From: Octopus vulgaris
Lineage: Eukaryota
Direction: 5' to 3'
Assembly: GCA_951406725.2 (NCBI GenBank)
Contig: OX597829.1
Span: forward strand, 25,544,001 to 25,608,000
Length of the DNA: 64,000 bases
The translations under genes and the position numbers were made by a program. How positions within the stretch are numbered: the first letter of the stretch is position 1; every line of letters begins with the position of its first letter. The notes beneath the pieces are model-generated. The model was not told where the DNA came from. It did not search any database and saw only the letters and a program-made list of their open reading frames with translations. This document shows, in pieces, positions 40,140 to 54,256 of the stretch.

Positions 40140-40548
40140 CCTTTTACCTGCTTCAGTCATTTGATTGTTGCCATGCTGGAGCACTTCCTTGAAGGGTTTT
40201 TAGTCAAACAAATTGACTCCAGAGCATATTTTTTAAAGCTTAGTACTTACCAGTCTCTTTTGCCAAACCACTAAGTTATCAGGACATAAACACACCAACA
40301 TTGGTTTTCATGTAGTAATGGGGGACAAATAATCACAAAGACACACACACATAGATATATACACATCTATCTCTCTCTCTCTCTCTATATATATATGATG
40401 GACTTCTTTCAGTTTCTGTCAACCAAATTATCTCACAGGTTTTGTTTGGCCCAAGGCTATAACAGAAGTTATAGAAGGTGCCATGCAGTAGAACTGGACC
40501 TGGAACCATGTGGTTGAGAAGCAAGCTTTTTACCACACAGCCATACCT
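40140..40548 (-). mobile_element. tRNA-derived SINE (family A-related), older
   Basis: Diverged match to the 27108 copy. Confidence 0.7.
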
Positions 40549-41328
40549 AGTTTTAAAAAAACGAATAAGATATTTACTATTAGCTTGCCAAACTACATCT
40601 GTGTGGAAAATTTGAAAGCAAACCATTGAAAATTGAAAAGTTTTAAGTGGTTAGAAGAAAAGGAAAAAAATCTGGACCCTTTATTCTTGTCAATGACACA
40701 ACAATATTACTTTTACTAGAATATCATACAAATGCCCCTAGTACATTTCTGTAAAATGGTTGTTGCTAGGAATGACATCCAGCCATAGGAGACTACCTGA
40801 ATTAATCTCATCTGTATCATGCTGATACAGGAAAAATGGACATAAAAGCGGTGATAAGGATGCGCATACACTTACATATGTATGTACGTATATACATACA
40901 TACATACATACATAGATACATATATGTTGAAATATGAATTAGAAGCAGTGCTTGTGTTGTAAACAATATTAGCCACACATACTCAATGTATATGTTTTGC
41001 TTGTTCATCTGTAGGCTCTGATTTAGAGTGGTGGAGATGACTCTCTCAAAGTTCCAGGTGTCAAAAAACACCTGAAAGCCATAGACAAGTGAGATAACTT
41101 GCCAAATATCTATCTACAGAGGTTGGATGAAATAATGGAAACACCTTAAAATTTCAAACAAATTTATTTTATTATCGAGTAGGACCACCTTTGGCAGTAA
41201 TTACAGCTTCAATTCTATGAGGTATGGACTCGTACAAAGTTTGAATTGCTTCCAAAAGAATTTTTGTCCATTCTTCAGCTAAAACAGTCTCTAGTTCTTG
41301 TAGTGATGATGGTGGAAGATATTGATTT

Positions 41329-41700
41329 ACTCTTTTACTCTCTTTTACTTGTTTCAGTCATTTGACTGCGGCCATGCTGGAGCACCGCCTTTAGTCGAGC
41401 AAATCGACCCCGGGACTTATTCTTTTAAGCCCAGTACTTATTCTATCGGTCTCTTTTTGCCGAACCGCTAAGTGATGGGGACGTAAACACAATAGCATCG
41501 GTTGTCAAGCAATGCTAGGGGGACAAACACATATATACGACAGGCTTCTTTCAGTTTCCGTCTACCAAATCCACTCACAAGGCATTGGTCGGCCCGGGGC
41601 TATAGCAGAAGACACTTGCCCAAGATGCCATGCAGTGGGACTGAACCCGGAACCATGTGGTTGGTTAGCAAGCTACTTACCACACAGCCACTCCTGCGCC
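41329..41700 (-). mobile_element. tRNA-derived SINE (family A) inserted in the Tc1
   Basis: Near full-length match to the 27108 copy; it splits the transposase C-terminus. Confidence 0.9.
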
Positions 41701-41800
41701 TATTCCTTACTTTTTTTTTAAATGTACCATGAATGTTCAATAATATTGAGATCTGGGGACTGTGGTGGCCAAATAAGATGTTCAACTTCACTAGAATGTT

Positions 41801-43215
41801 ATTTACATTTGATGGATATTTGTCCTTATCTTGTTTGTTGTTAACACCATGTTTCGGCTGATATACCCTCCAGCCTTCTTCAGGTTTCTTGGGGAAATTT
41901 TGAACCTGGGTTCCCATTCCTAAGGTATTTTTCGATGTTATTATTATTATTATCATTATTGTTCATGTCACTGCTTGGAATCGAACTTGGAATTCTGGGG
42001 TTAGTAGCCTGCACTCTTAACCACTATGCCATATACCTGTGAGCAATTATGGAGTGAATTTTATGGGGCTTATAAATCTAATATTTTTCTATCCTTCCTT
42101 AATACCGGTTCCCATATGCTGTTCATATCTGCACTCGGCCTGCTTAGGAGGTTGTTGTGTCCTAGCATATGTGCTGCTTCTTTTAGTTTTCGTATTTTTC
42201 AGTGGTGTTCTCTGTCTATTATTTTAACTTCATCCCACAGGGGGAAGCGGTCTCCATTTTTCCATACATGATCAGCTATACACGATTTATCAATATCTCC
42301 TTGTGTCACAGCTTTGCGATGTTTGTCAACCCTTATTTTGATGGGGCGGCATGTTTCACCTTTGTATAATCTACCACAGCTGCATGGGATGGAGTACACT
42401 CAATTTTTGGTCATATTCTCTTGTATTGGTGGTTTTACTCGAAGGAGATATTTGTGAAGTGTTGTATTACTCTTGAATACTGTCCTGATGTCATATGGGC
42501 CGCATATCTTTTGTATCTTTTCGGAGAGGCCTTTCACATAGGGTAGACAGTTTATTGGCCTCATCTTTTCTTTGGAGCGGATAGTATACTTTTGGGGTAG
42601 TTGTTGCTTAACAGATCATTATTGAACTTGATCATTTCTTTGTGGTGTGTATCACGATCCCTACTTATATTCTTGCACGATGTTTTAGGCACTGAGCAAT
42701 CCCTCTCTTTACACTGAATGGATGGGGGGAATTGAAGTTGAGGTATTGTCCAGTAAAGGTCGGCTTGCAGTATATAGATGTCCTGAATCCATACTTGGTG
42801 CAAGTTATTAATACAGCCAGGAATGCCAGCTGATTGTCTTTTTCCTTTTCCATTGTGAACTGTATGGATGGCTTTATTGAGTTCACATGATTTAACAGCA
42901 CTTGGACATCTTCCTGGTGGGGCCAGATTATAAAGGTGTCATCAACATATCGTAGCCATAATGTTGGTTCAATTCCAAGCAGTGACCTGAACAATAACAA
43001 TAATAATAATAATAATAGTAATAATGATAATAATAATAACATTGAAAAATACCTCAGGAATGAGAACTCAGGTTCGAAATTTCCCCAAGACACATAAAGA
43101 AGGCTGGAGGGTATATCAGCCAAAACGTTGTGTTAACAACAAACAAGATGAGGACAAATATCCGTCGAATGTAAATAATGTACATAATAAATCATCTCTT
43201 AAATATAGAACTGTA
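41801..43215 (-). mobile_element. 5'-truncated Penelope-like element with inverted pLTRs
   Basis: RT WLRYVDDTF..IQFTMEKE..KPTFTGQYLNFNSPHP and GIY-YIG VYSIPCSCGRLYKGET..IADH. Inverted terminal copies at 41801-41975 and 42980-43180. TSD ttcactagaatgtt (41787-41800, 43216-43229). Confidence 0.92.
41843..41890 (-). ncRNA. Degenerate minimal hammerhead in Penelope pLTR
   Basis: On -: CTGAAGA-a-ggctg-gagggtatat-cagcc-GAAAC. The cleavage region is mutated relative to the other pLTR copy. Confidence 0.55.
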
Positions 43216-44991
43216 TTCACTAGAATGTTTCTTGTGCCATTCAGTAACAACTTTAGCTGTGTGAATTGGTGCATTATCATTGTGTTTCTCTCTGGAAACA
43301 GTTCTACAACCATAGGATGAATTTGATCAGATTAAATGCTTAAATAGACTTGACTATTAATTCTGCCATGAAGGGAAACCATTGGGCCAGCAGATTTCCA
43401 AGATATAGCCCCACCCCCCAGATCATCACAGATCCTCCTCCATGTTTATCTGTTGGAAGAAGGTAGTCTGGGTCAAATGCTTCTTTTGGCTGTCTCCACA
43501 CGTATACTCAGCCGGTAGTCGAAAATAAGGCAAAGGATGACTCGTCTGAGAAAATAACATTCTTCTACTGCTCTAGGGACCGATTCTGTAGGTTTTTACT
43601 CTATTCTAAACGCTTTGCAACATTTGTTTTTGAAAGTGGTGGTTTTCTGATTGCAGCCCTCCCATGAAATCCAGCTTTGTGCAGCTCCTGGTAAACAGTT
43701 TTTGTGGAAACTGCATTCTTGGGCTGGTCATTAAGCTCTGCAATAATTTGTACTGTTGAGATGCTTTCTAACAATTCGTGTAAGAAGAGTCCGACGGTCC
43801 CTATCTGAAAGCTTTTGGTTTTATCTGGAGTTTCGTTTCGACGAGGAGGTTTTTCACACTTTCTCAAAGGCTGTCTGTCATTACTTTCGATACAGAACTT
43901 CTTGATACACCAAACATTTTGGTTGTTTTCATAACGCTAGATCCTGCAATACGAGCACCAACAATTTGACCTCTTTGAAAGTCCAATAGATCTGTCATTT
44001 TAATAAATTTTAATTATATTTTTCTGATGATATCTGAAAAGAAACAACAGTTTTAGGAAAACATATTAAGCAACACTAATAATAAATGAAAAAACAAAAA
44101 TAAACAAGCTTTTGATGGTTTTATAGATATTTCAAAATTATGATGTTATGTTTCCCTTATTTTGTCCAAATAAGGGTATTTGAGGAGACTTAATTATCAG
44201 TATATTACTTTGTTCAAGCCAATTAAAAGGTTTATTTCTTTCAGATTGCTCATGGCACATAAAATGCTAACTCAAGAAATGAACAGACATGCAATCATTG
44301 TTGCCATATGTGTGAAACAGTGATTTAGAAATCGCCTAATGGCTAAGTGTTGTAAAATCTTTCATACACAGTTTGAATGGAGCCAGAAACTGCTGGTGGA
44401 AATGTTTCAGCTATATCAAAGGCAAAATATAATAATTCTAAACATATAGACACATATACTGTAGTGATCGGTGATATGCAGTACCATATCTACTTCCTGC
44501 CCCTCTCCTTTATCATCTTCTCCCCACTGACCTTAAAAACCCCTTTCCCTCAATGACTCTCTAACAATCTCTCCACATATCATCTGTCCATACTTGACCC
44601 TGTTGGATAATCTTAAACATTCCTCTTACACAACCACTCATTCTATCACCTTTAGAACTCATTCCTTCTTTTTCTCAATAATTTGTAATTAATCCCCATC
44701 CTGTCCTCTTACCACCCCTCCATCTAAAATCCTCGCCCACTCTCTTTTCTGTTCTGCTTCAGTTACAGGAGCCACTTTCAGCCCTTACCCTTGCATGCTA
44801 TGAGGTCATCATCACCAGTACTGGCACCACAAAAACAGTTCCCAGTACATGCTGTAACGTAGTTGGCATTAAGAAAGGCATCCAGCTGTAGAAACCATTC
44901 CGACATAGACATGGAGCATGATGCAGTCCTTGAACCCATCAGAATTTGTCAAAACTGATCAGTCCATGCAAGCAAAGAGACTGATGTTCAA

Positions 44992-45187
44992 CCCTTTTGT
45001 TACCAACCCGGCTCTGTCTCTGAGTACAAATGCCTTGTGTTCAATCGTTCTGAATTAAAATCTTCCACCAAACCTTGTTCCTAACACTAGCTTAATGATA
45101 ACTAAGTTATTTTACTAACTTCTTGTTATATTCAAAGGAATTGAAAGAAACACAGAGCATCTCAAAATAAATATAGTAATGAAAGGG
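44992..45187. mobile_element. piggyBac-like MITE (family 2)
   Basis: cccttttgttac ... gtaatgaaaggg|TTAA; inverted relative of 62234-62451. Confidence 0.7.
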
Positions 45188-48100
45188 TTAAACAATGATG
45201 AGATTATTATATGTCATCATTATCATCATCATTTAACTTGCATTTTCCATTCTGGCATGGGTTGGAGAGTTTGGCAGTATTTGTTGAGCTGCAAGCCCAC
45301 ATCAAGTGCCAATGCATGATTTCTATAGCTGGATGTCCTTCCTAACACCAACCATTTACAGAGTGTACTGGGTACTTTTTATGTACTGCTGGAACTAGTG
45401 AGGTTGCTATGTAAATTTGCAAAAGAGAAAAAGAAAAGTAAAAAGGTAAAGAAAGAAAAATCTCTCATTACAATAATTGGGAGTATATGAGAGAGGAAGG
45501 TACAGGTAGGTGGCTTTATTTCAGGTGTTGAAAGGCTAAAGCAGTGTTTCTCAACCGTTTTTAATCTATGGACCCCTTTGGTGTGAGAGATATAGGAGCA
45601 GAATAGATCAGGAAGTAGTGGAATGATGTGCAAGGTATTGGAGTAGTGGAGAGGAGGAGATGCATCAGGAGCTATAGTACATAGGGCATGATGATAGATA
45701 TGAGAGGTCATTGAGAGTAATAACAGATAAGAAATGTGTTAAGAATAGAATATAGTAGAGGGGAGAGAGCAGTAGCTGATTGTACAGTAAAGAGGGGATT
45801 GATAGGAATATTGTGGGCAGCAATGATAATGAGGAATGGAAAGTGGTTCTCAGGAGGAATGGCAGTAACCACCAGATGAGAGTGGGGTGTAATATGTACT
45901 GATCCTGTTTACAGCCAGTCTTAAATTCTGTTATGGCCTGGGGAAAAATGATGAATAGGAGAGAACTGGTGAATACCCACCTGTACACTAAATTTATCAT
46001 GTTTAACTCTCAGCAACCCTTTCATCTACTCCGGGCTTCCTCAGAGATGACCACATCACTGGGACTCTGTGAAAAGCCTTCTCCAGGTCAAATGTCAAGT
46101 ATTATGGTTTACTCTAAGCTAAACACTCCTCCTGAAGTTGTCTAACAAAGAAAGCATCAGTAGTACTTCTATCTGGCAAAAACCCAAACTGCATCTCGTC
46201 TGATTCTGTTCCTAATTAATTGGGCTATCACTCTCTCTCTAACTTTCACAACCTGATCAAGTCATTTGATGCATCTGAAATTACTTCTCTCTATCACATC
46301 TCCCTTGGAGCAGCTGACTAAGTACCTGATCAGTAATTCCCCATGGATTGGAGATTTTTACCCCTACCCAGTCTTCACATAATTAATTTCCATATCTATC
46401 ATACTGTTGTCAACTTGGACAGCTGGTCTCTCTGTTGGGTTCTCATTGAGAAGAGTCCTTTGCTTCCATGCATTCTCCACATTTAATAACCTTTCATATG
46501 TCTTTCCTTTCAGCATCACTAAGTGCAAACATACCATTATCTATCCATAAATACTTTTCATTCACCCACACAAATATGTTTGTGCAAAATATAAACATTT
46601 AAATGCTGAAGACTTTTAGCATTTAAACCAACCATATCTGGCCCAGATATTCTATTATATGTTAGAAACTGGTCAATTGTCACATCATCAAAGTCTCAAA
46701 GCTACAAGATAATATATGATTAATTCAAAATCATATGAATAAACAAACATTGCATGTGACAGAATAATACAAATGCTAAAAGCTTAAGGTCAGCGATTAG
46801 TTTCTGTTTTCAGGTGTTAAGTGGATGAGAAATAAACTTCCACTAGGATAGGACACAAGCCAATCACATAACTTTACCAGATAATCTGGTGATGCCTAGG
46901 TGGACTGTGGCAATGTTGAATATAGTGTTGCGTATAGAAACAATGAGAGATAAGGCAAAACAATGACATGTCAATATGTCCAAGTCAATCAAAAGGTAAG
47001 ATCACCATAAAATCCGATACACATTTCTAACAAGACCCGAGAAGTGATCATGACATGAACAATAAATTTAACAAAGGCACTTTCTCCCGTTACTTAAAAG
47101 ATACAATAATCTAATGTTTTGAGGAGTACTTTTTAAATCATTCATGACTAATATCTCTTTTAATGACTATTAACTTTTCAATTAATGTTCAATAGAATCA
47201 ATTGAGGGGGTTTTAATAAAACATTCAGTTATGCTATCTAACACCAAAATGTTGAGGTGTGAGTATAACCATACCGAATCCTTTGTTGGATTGTTTATAT
47301 ATATAATGTTTATTGTGATTGACTAACTAAATTATTCATTATCTACAATATAGATTCTAAAACATTTAATTAACTGATATTACTTTCAGAACATGTGTGG
47401 TATGTATAAATGTATATAATCTACATATTTTGTTAATTTGTAAAAATGTACTAATATCGTCCCTGCTATGGTCTAAGATTGATCAGAAGACCTAATACCA
47501 CCATACTTAACCCCTGGTCAGTTTAAACCCTGATGTTGTTCCCAACTGCCATCTTTCTCCATAGTGCAAGCCTGATTTTTGAAATGAAGAGGAAAAAAAA
47601 AAAAATCTCTCTGGTCTTGTTTCTAGTTGACAGCTTAATGACAAAAATGCAAATTCCTCTGCATCTTTACTTAAAAAACTAGACCACACAGCTGTGGAGA
47701 TATAGAGGAGTTGGCTTTGTAACCATATGGTTTTGGGATTGTCTCATTATATGACACTTTCAGTAACTGTCTTGTATAAGACACTTGGTACTGAAAATGG
47801 AATTGTTGATGGAAATTTTCCACTCGCGTGAGTGTGTGCATAAATGTTTGTTTCTGTAATATATTGATACAGTATGTAAACAGCACAATTAAACACCTAA
47901 GTGTCACCCAACCCATGCCAGTATGGAAAAAGTACAAAAATCAATGACATATACATAAAGATGCATACTGAAAGAATGAGACAGTAATGTCTACAACAGT
48001 TTAAATTCATTCAAACCCTGTAGCATACTAACCAACCACATATGGCCTGTTCTATTCTCAAATCAACCAGATCTGGCCTCTCACACCTACCCTACAATGT

Positions 48101-51100
48101 CATTCTAAATATAAACAATCACATCAAAATATCAAAGATACAAGATAAGCCATGATTGATAATAAAAAAAAAGTGGATAAAACCGCCTTATGTTTGACAG
48201 AGGAATCTGAATAAAGGTTAATGAGTAACAACGTATATTAAGAAATAAATTTCTACATTGGTACACTTAGTCAATTTCATCATTGTATCACAAAGACAGA
48301 ATTTTCCATTCATTGACCGAACAATGTGTTCCTTCAAGTATGGAAGATGTAAAATAAATAAATAAAAACAAGAAAAGGATTTTTTGCCACATTTTATTCC
48401 TTTATATTCAACAAAATTTTGATAACAGTAGATATGAATCAATACATATAAAAAGGGGGGGAAAAAATGGAAAAGTTCCATGCATAAAAAACGTTTCCAT
48501 ACCCGTTGAAATCTGAGATTATATATACATTACATATATTATACATATATATATATAAATACACACACACATATATGTATACATATATATATATACATAC
48601 ACATACTTAGCAGAGCAGAAAAAAAAAAAAAAAAAAAAAAAAACCACAAAAAACCTCTCGCTACTTTTGCTGCCAGATTGAATGATGTATATAATTAAAA
48701 AGGGACAGGTGCGATATTTATAAAAGCAGTAATTTATTAAATAAGGTGTTTAATGAAAGCTACACCTCTTATTATGGACTGTATTTATGTAGCTAAAGTA
48801 GGCAGGTTTTTTTTTTCCTTTTTTTCTTTTGTTTCATTTTGTGAATAAACTAATGGATATATTTTTTGAAGGGGGGAAAAGCTATTAAAAATATTCCCAA
48901 ACTGGGAAATGTAATTTGCTGGTTTTTAAATCTTGCTACCTGAGTAGGCAAAAAAATAAATAGAAAACATGGAATGATTCAGCGAGAAATGAAGTACTGA
49001 AGAGGGAATGGGGAGGGGAAATTAGAATAGAATATACAGTCACATATACATATATGGAACTGGGTACCCTGCACAAGTCTTTTTTTGATAGAACTTATAG
49101 ACCATTGCCTGATTTTAGAATGCAATAACTTCATGACAAAAACAGCAACAAAGGGACAAGTTTCTAGACCATCAAGGAATGATTCCTGGCATTAGATGGC
49201 TCAGTCTAATTACACAAATGTGTCAAAGAAAAAAAATACAGAGCAGTTAGAAATATAAATATATAGATACACATACACTTTGTTTTATAGTTAAAAAGAA
49301 ATTCAATTTAACAAAGGGTGTAGACTGAAAGAAAATAGGTGGAATAAGGTAACTAGTTAGTTACATCACTATGAATGTGAAATACCTGAGTACATTAAAA
49401 AAAAATACATACTATTTCTCATTCAGTCAAATAATAATGAAAAAAGAAAGAAGAAATGTTGAGGACTTCTTTTTATTAAACTGTAAATCAATCTGAAATA
49501 TAAAACAATTTTGTTGCCAGTAAGGAAATCAATTTGATCAAAATATCAGGAACATTGGTAACAAATGTTAATCTGAGATTCCAACCAGTTATGTAACTCA
49601 TGCCAAAAAGTCTTATAAAATACTGTAATTTTTGACATTAATAGTATAGGTAACATGATCTAATGAGGTAACTAGCAATCATAATTCTTTCAACTCAAAC
49701 CTTAGTGATTTCTGCAATTTTAAGTTAAATTTCTTCCCTCACTAGGTAGATTGCTAAACTATTGCAGACAACTCTCCCCATAAAACTAGTTACCCATATT
49801 CAACGTTCAGGTGAACTGAGGCAATGAATATTGTGCTGTGTTTTTACCCAAGCAACAATGGAATCAATATTCAGAACATTTCCTCACTACAATTACACCA
49901 ATATATTTAAAAATTGCAATACTGCTTGAACCAGATTATCATCATCATCATCATACAAAAGTAAAGAGATAACACTAAAGCTTATTAAAAAAGAAAAAAA
50001 AAAAAGAAAAAAGCTCCATAGAAACAGATTTTTGTGAATTTACATTCAGAAACTCTTCTATTGAAGAAATATAAAAGAACTGTGTTGGTCGAAAAAATGT
50101 GTGATAGCACAACCTGCCAGTCTCAAATAAAAATCATGGACATAATTTCAGTATCTTCAAAGTTCTCTAATTGTCCTTGCTGTTTGTTAGTAACAAATAA
50201 CGTACAGGCTGATATTCACATGATCTTTCCAGGAATTTTGTTTCCCTGCCACCTGAGAAAAAGTTCAGTGATATTTAGCCGTACCATTTCTCCAAGCATT
50301 ATTTAAATATACTTCTAACAGTTTACAGCATTAAAAATATATAGATAAATTATTATTATATATATATATATGTATCAAAGTGCTTTAATGATATCAGTTT
50401 TAATATTGAACATTTTAACCCTTCTTTGACTAAGCACAAGGCCATTTTATTTTAGGCAGAGGTACAGCCAAGCCGACCTCTGTTTTACTGGAATTCAACC
50501 TCCAAATCAGAAGAAAACCAAAGTTGGTTTATTCCAAGATTTGAACTATAAAAGTAGAGATAAAGACTAAATACATAGAGGTACTTAGTCCCACTTCTCA
50601 AATACCTGTAATATAACAATTTTAGGAGTAAGTGCAGTGAAGAATAGGGGGCAAAAATGCAGGAGAGCAGTCCTAATTTATTGGTCACAATTATTAATAT
50701 TAGTGTTTTACACCGCAGTTTGTTCCAATCCCTGAGAACAGTCATTATACACACACATATATACAAACACACACACACAAACAAACATGGATATATACAT
50801 ATACTGGCAAGCAATAAACTTGTCTTAATCCCTGAGAGTAAGTGTTCTTTCCCTTGTAAAAAAAAAAAAAAAAAGAAAGAAAATATTAAGGGGTCAAACT
50901 GAGATGAAAATTTTGGTTTGTCTTGGGGAATAAAAAAAACAAACATCCTCCAAAGAAACTTTTAAATACCTGATGACAACCAAAACCAAACAATATATAC
51001 ATACACAACACACACACAAAAAAAGATAATTCATGAGCAAAAACATGAGCATGTGGATGGGACAGGGGAGTGGATACTGAAGAAAAAAAATTAATGAAAC

Positions 51101-54100
51101 CTGATAGTGAGGAGATGGCATGAACCATAGATGCTATAAATATTTGAAAAAAAAAAAAAAAAAAAGTGTGTGTGTATGTGGGTGTGGAAATAAATATGAG
51201 AATCACAAGTTTATAGAATATTTCTGCAAAAAATAAAATAAAATAAATGGTTTGAAAATTCTATTAAAGAGATCATGCAATAATCACAAAGGATTTAAGC
51301 AGTAAACAAAGAAATGATGTGGGGGGAGGGGGGAGTGATAAGAAAGTATTTAGTTTCCACATGGATTTTCAGTAGATATGTGCAAAGTGGCCAATAACAG
51401 AGGAATTTCAGTGGCTTTTAATCATTGGATAATTTTTTTTTGCTTATTTCATTTCAAATTAATGAATGTGTACTTGAGAGGAAAGATCATTTATAATGAT
51501 CAAAATGCTGATGGTTGGATTAGTGATAAGATGAACAAATAAATAAATGAATATTTTAATACAGCTATTTTTCTTGTTTCTTCTTCCTGGAATTTTGACC
51601 ATCATTTGGCTTTCCTTTCACTCTGTACATACACTGTGTTTATTTGCACCCACCCACCCATACACTACATATACTTATGTTTATGAATGTACACACATAC
51701 AACCCACAATATAAATATATATACGCCAACATAACAGGAATAGACACATACATATGTACAGTGAAAAAAGGAGTACACTAGAAAATATTCAAAATGATAA
51801 AGAAACTGGTTCATAAATATTGTTGTAAGAACACAATCACACACACACATAAAAGTGAACAACATGTTACATTCAACATATTCCACCTACATTTACCATT
51901 TAAAAACATGAATGCTGATAAAAAAAAAAACCCTAATATACTTAAGATATTCCTTAGCATAGCTAAAATGTAAATTTATAGACTGCTGTCTTGTGACAGC
52001 ACCCATCTCCTAAGTAAAATAAAGTGAAATCCATTGAGAAACAATGCACAAGGTAAGAACAGGATTGTAGTCGGGAGGGAATGTCAGATGATTCAAGCCT
52101 GGTCTAATCTCACATAAAAAAAAAAAAAAAACCTACTGTAGGTTATTGAAAGTGATCAATTTATTTGTATCAGATTGCCAGGCAGACTGATATAAAAGAG
52201 ACAATTGTTTAACAAAGATTAATAAATAAAACTGCCTAATTTCGCTTGAGAAGTATCAGAAAGGAATTTGCTTCACTTCATTTCTGTAGTAGAAACATGG
52301 AAATTTCCAGAAGTTAAAATATAAATATAATTTTAAAAATTACATATGAATGGAACAGAAACCAAAACTTATATACAATAAAAGCCACATATTAGAAATA
52401 GTTTGGGGGAAAAAAAAAAAAAAAAAAGTACTGAAATGTTCGCACTTCACCCAAATATTCAGTCATACAAATGTAATTTGGGTTGTACAAAAAAATTTAA
52501 GGATTAATTAACATTTTACTTCTTTTTTCTCTCAGTACAAGGACCCAAGTTAAAGCCCCCCCCCCCCCACCAAACCCTGCCAGATGCACTTTCACTAAAG
52601 TTTTAGAAACAAATCTACCCAGGAAATGTGCTTATGTTTAGTACCTGAGTATATTTTGATAACTTATTTTATACAATATGATTGAAATAAATTTGAGAAT
52701 GTGTTTAAAAAAAGTTGCATGTGTGTGTGTGTGTATATATATATATGCATGAATGTATATATACACATGCACGTGTGTATAAATATATATGTACATGTGC
52801 AGATATATATATATATATGTATTCATGTATGCATACATAAGTATTTTATTAATAAATTAAAAAGAAATAAAAAAAATGGTGCCATGTATATGCACACACA
52901 AAAGCAAGTATTTAATATACATGAATTGTCTCCCTGAGTGGTTTAGTTGAAGATTGTTCCACGCCTTTACATTGAGGAACTGATGCTTTCATTCCATGCA
53001 TATTAATTTTTATGGTTAGTAATAATAAAAAACTTAATCTCTTAATTACATACTAGCATTAAGTCATAAAACAACTTTGTCATGGTTTTCCATCTGTTTT
53101 AAATAAAACTTTTGAAGCAGATGTTCTAACAGGTAGGATAAACTGCAAGCTTTTTATATGTAGACACATTGTGAGAAACAACCAAATACGACCGTGTGGT
53201 TAAGAGAGACCTCACAATTACCAAGTATTGGATTTGATTGCACTGCATGGAACTTTGGTTGGGCAAGAGTCTTCTATCATAATTTCAGATCAACCAGAGC
53301 TGTGTTCGAAAAATTGGTTAGGCAGAAACCTCTTAGACTATATCTGCTTTTAGATTTAACCCATCACTACGTGATGCTTCGGTCCTTTTAATAAAGTCCA
53401 CTCTGTTACATACATTCACAGAAGGTCTGACCTAAGAACACTCCAAAATATTCATGTGTTACTTCCTTATTACCACAGTCACCCTCTCTCTTAAAATCTC
53501 CATTACCAGTCTTAGAGGCTCTTTAAACAAATCATGGGTACCACCTTCTAATCTGTATCTACCATAAAAACCAATTTATATGGTAAGTATTTGTGTGTGG
53601 AAAGGAGGGAACAAGAAATTTGTCCAAATATACTTTAATCCACATAAATTCTAAAAGCAATTGTGCAGAATTAAAGCATTAAAAAAAATGTGAAAAGAAA
53701 ACATTCTACAAACCCGTATTTTAATTTGGTAAAACAAAAATGAAATGAAAATGTGGAACTACAGTAAAAAATGCTTCATTACAACTACAAACTACTTTCA
53801 CTACAACTACCACCACCACTACTACTACTACTACAGTCAGTGGATTTGAAACATTAGGATTAACTTTAAAAAAAAAAAAAAAAGAAAAGAAAAATTAATC
53901 CTTCTGTGCCATACCCAAAATAAAAAAACTACAGTTGATGACAAGAACAAACACAAGCACGAAAACATGAAAGTGGTTTTATGTTAATACTATCAAAAAC
54001 AAAAACAGCTACAAATTGCATGCAGAAAGGTAATGATTGAATCATGGTTATGTCCACCTAAATCTTAATGTAAGATTTAAGCAATCATTTAAATAAAAAA

Positions 54101-54205
54101 AAGCATAAAATAAAACATTGATCTACCTGTTCAAATAATTTAGCAAACATTTCTCCCACCTTAAAACTTTTTAAATTTCTGATCATTGTGTATATTTGTG
54201 TGTAG

Positions 54206-54256
<51 letters not shown>

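Larger units (their letters stand above)
41117..44170 (-). mobile_element. Tc1 (DD34E) transposon with nested SINE and Penelope insertions
   Basis: ATG at 43998 gives MTDLLDFQRGQIVGARIAG; also VIFSDES, DNAPIH, WPPQSPDLNIIEH and ITAKGGPTR* (stop 41172). TIR-like ttggatgaaataatggaaaca and tgtttcccttattttgtccaa. Confidence 0.88.

Noticed and set aside
50095-50255. Possible minus-strand exon bounded by AG/GT
   Set aside because: No recognisable protein similarity and no linking exons; cannot be supported.
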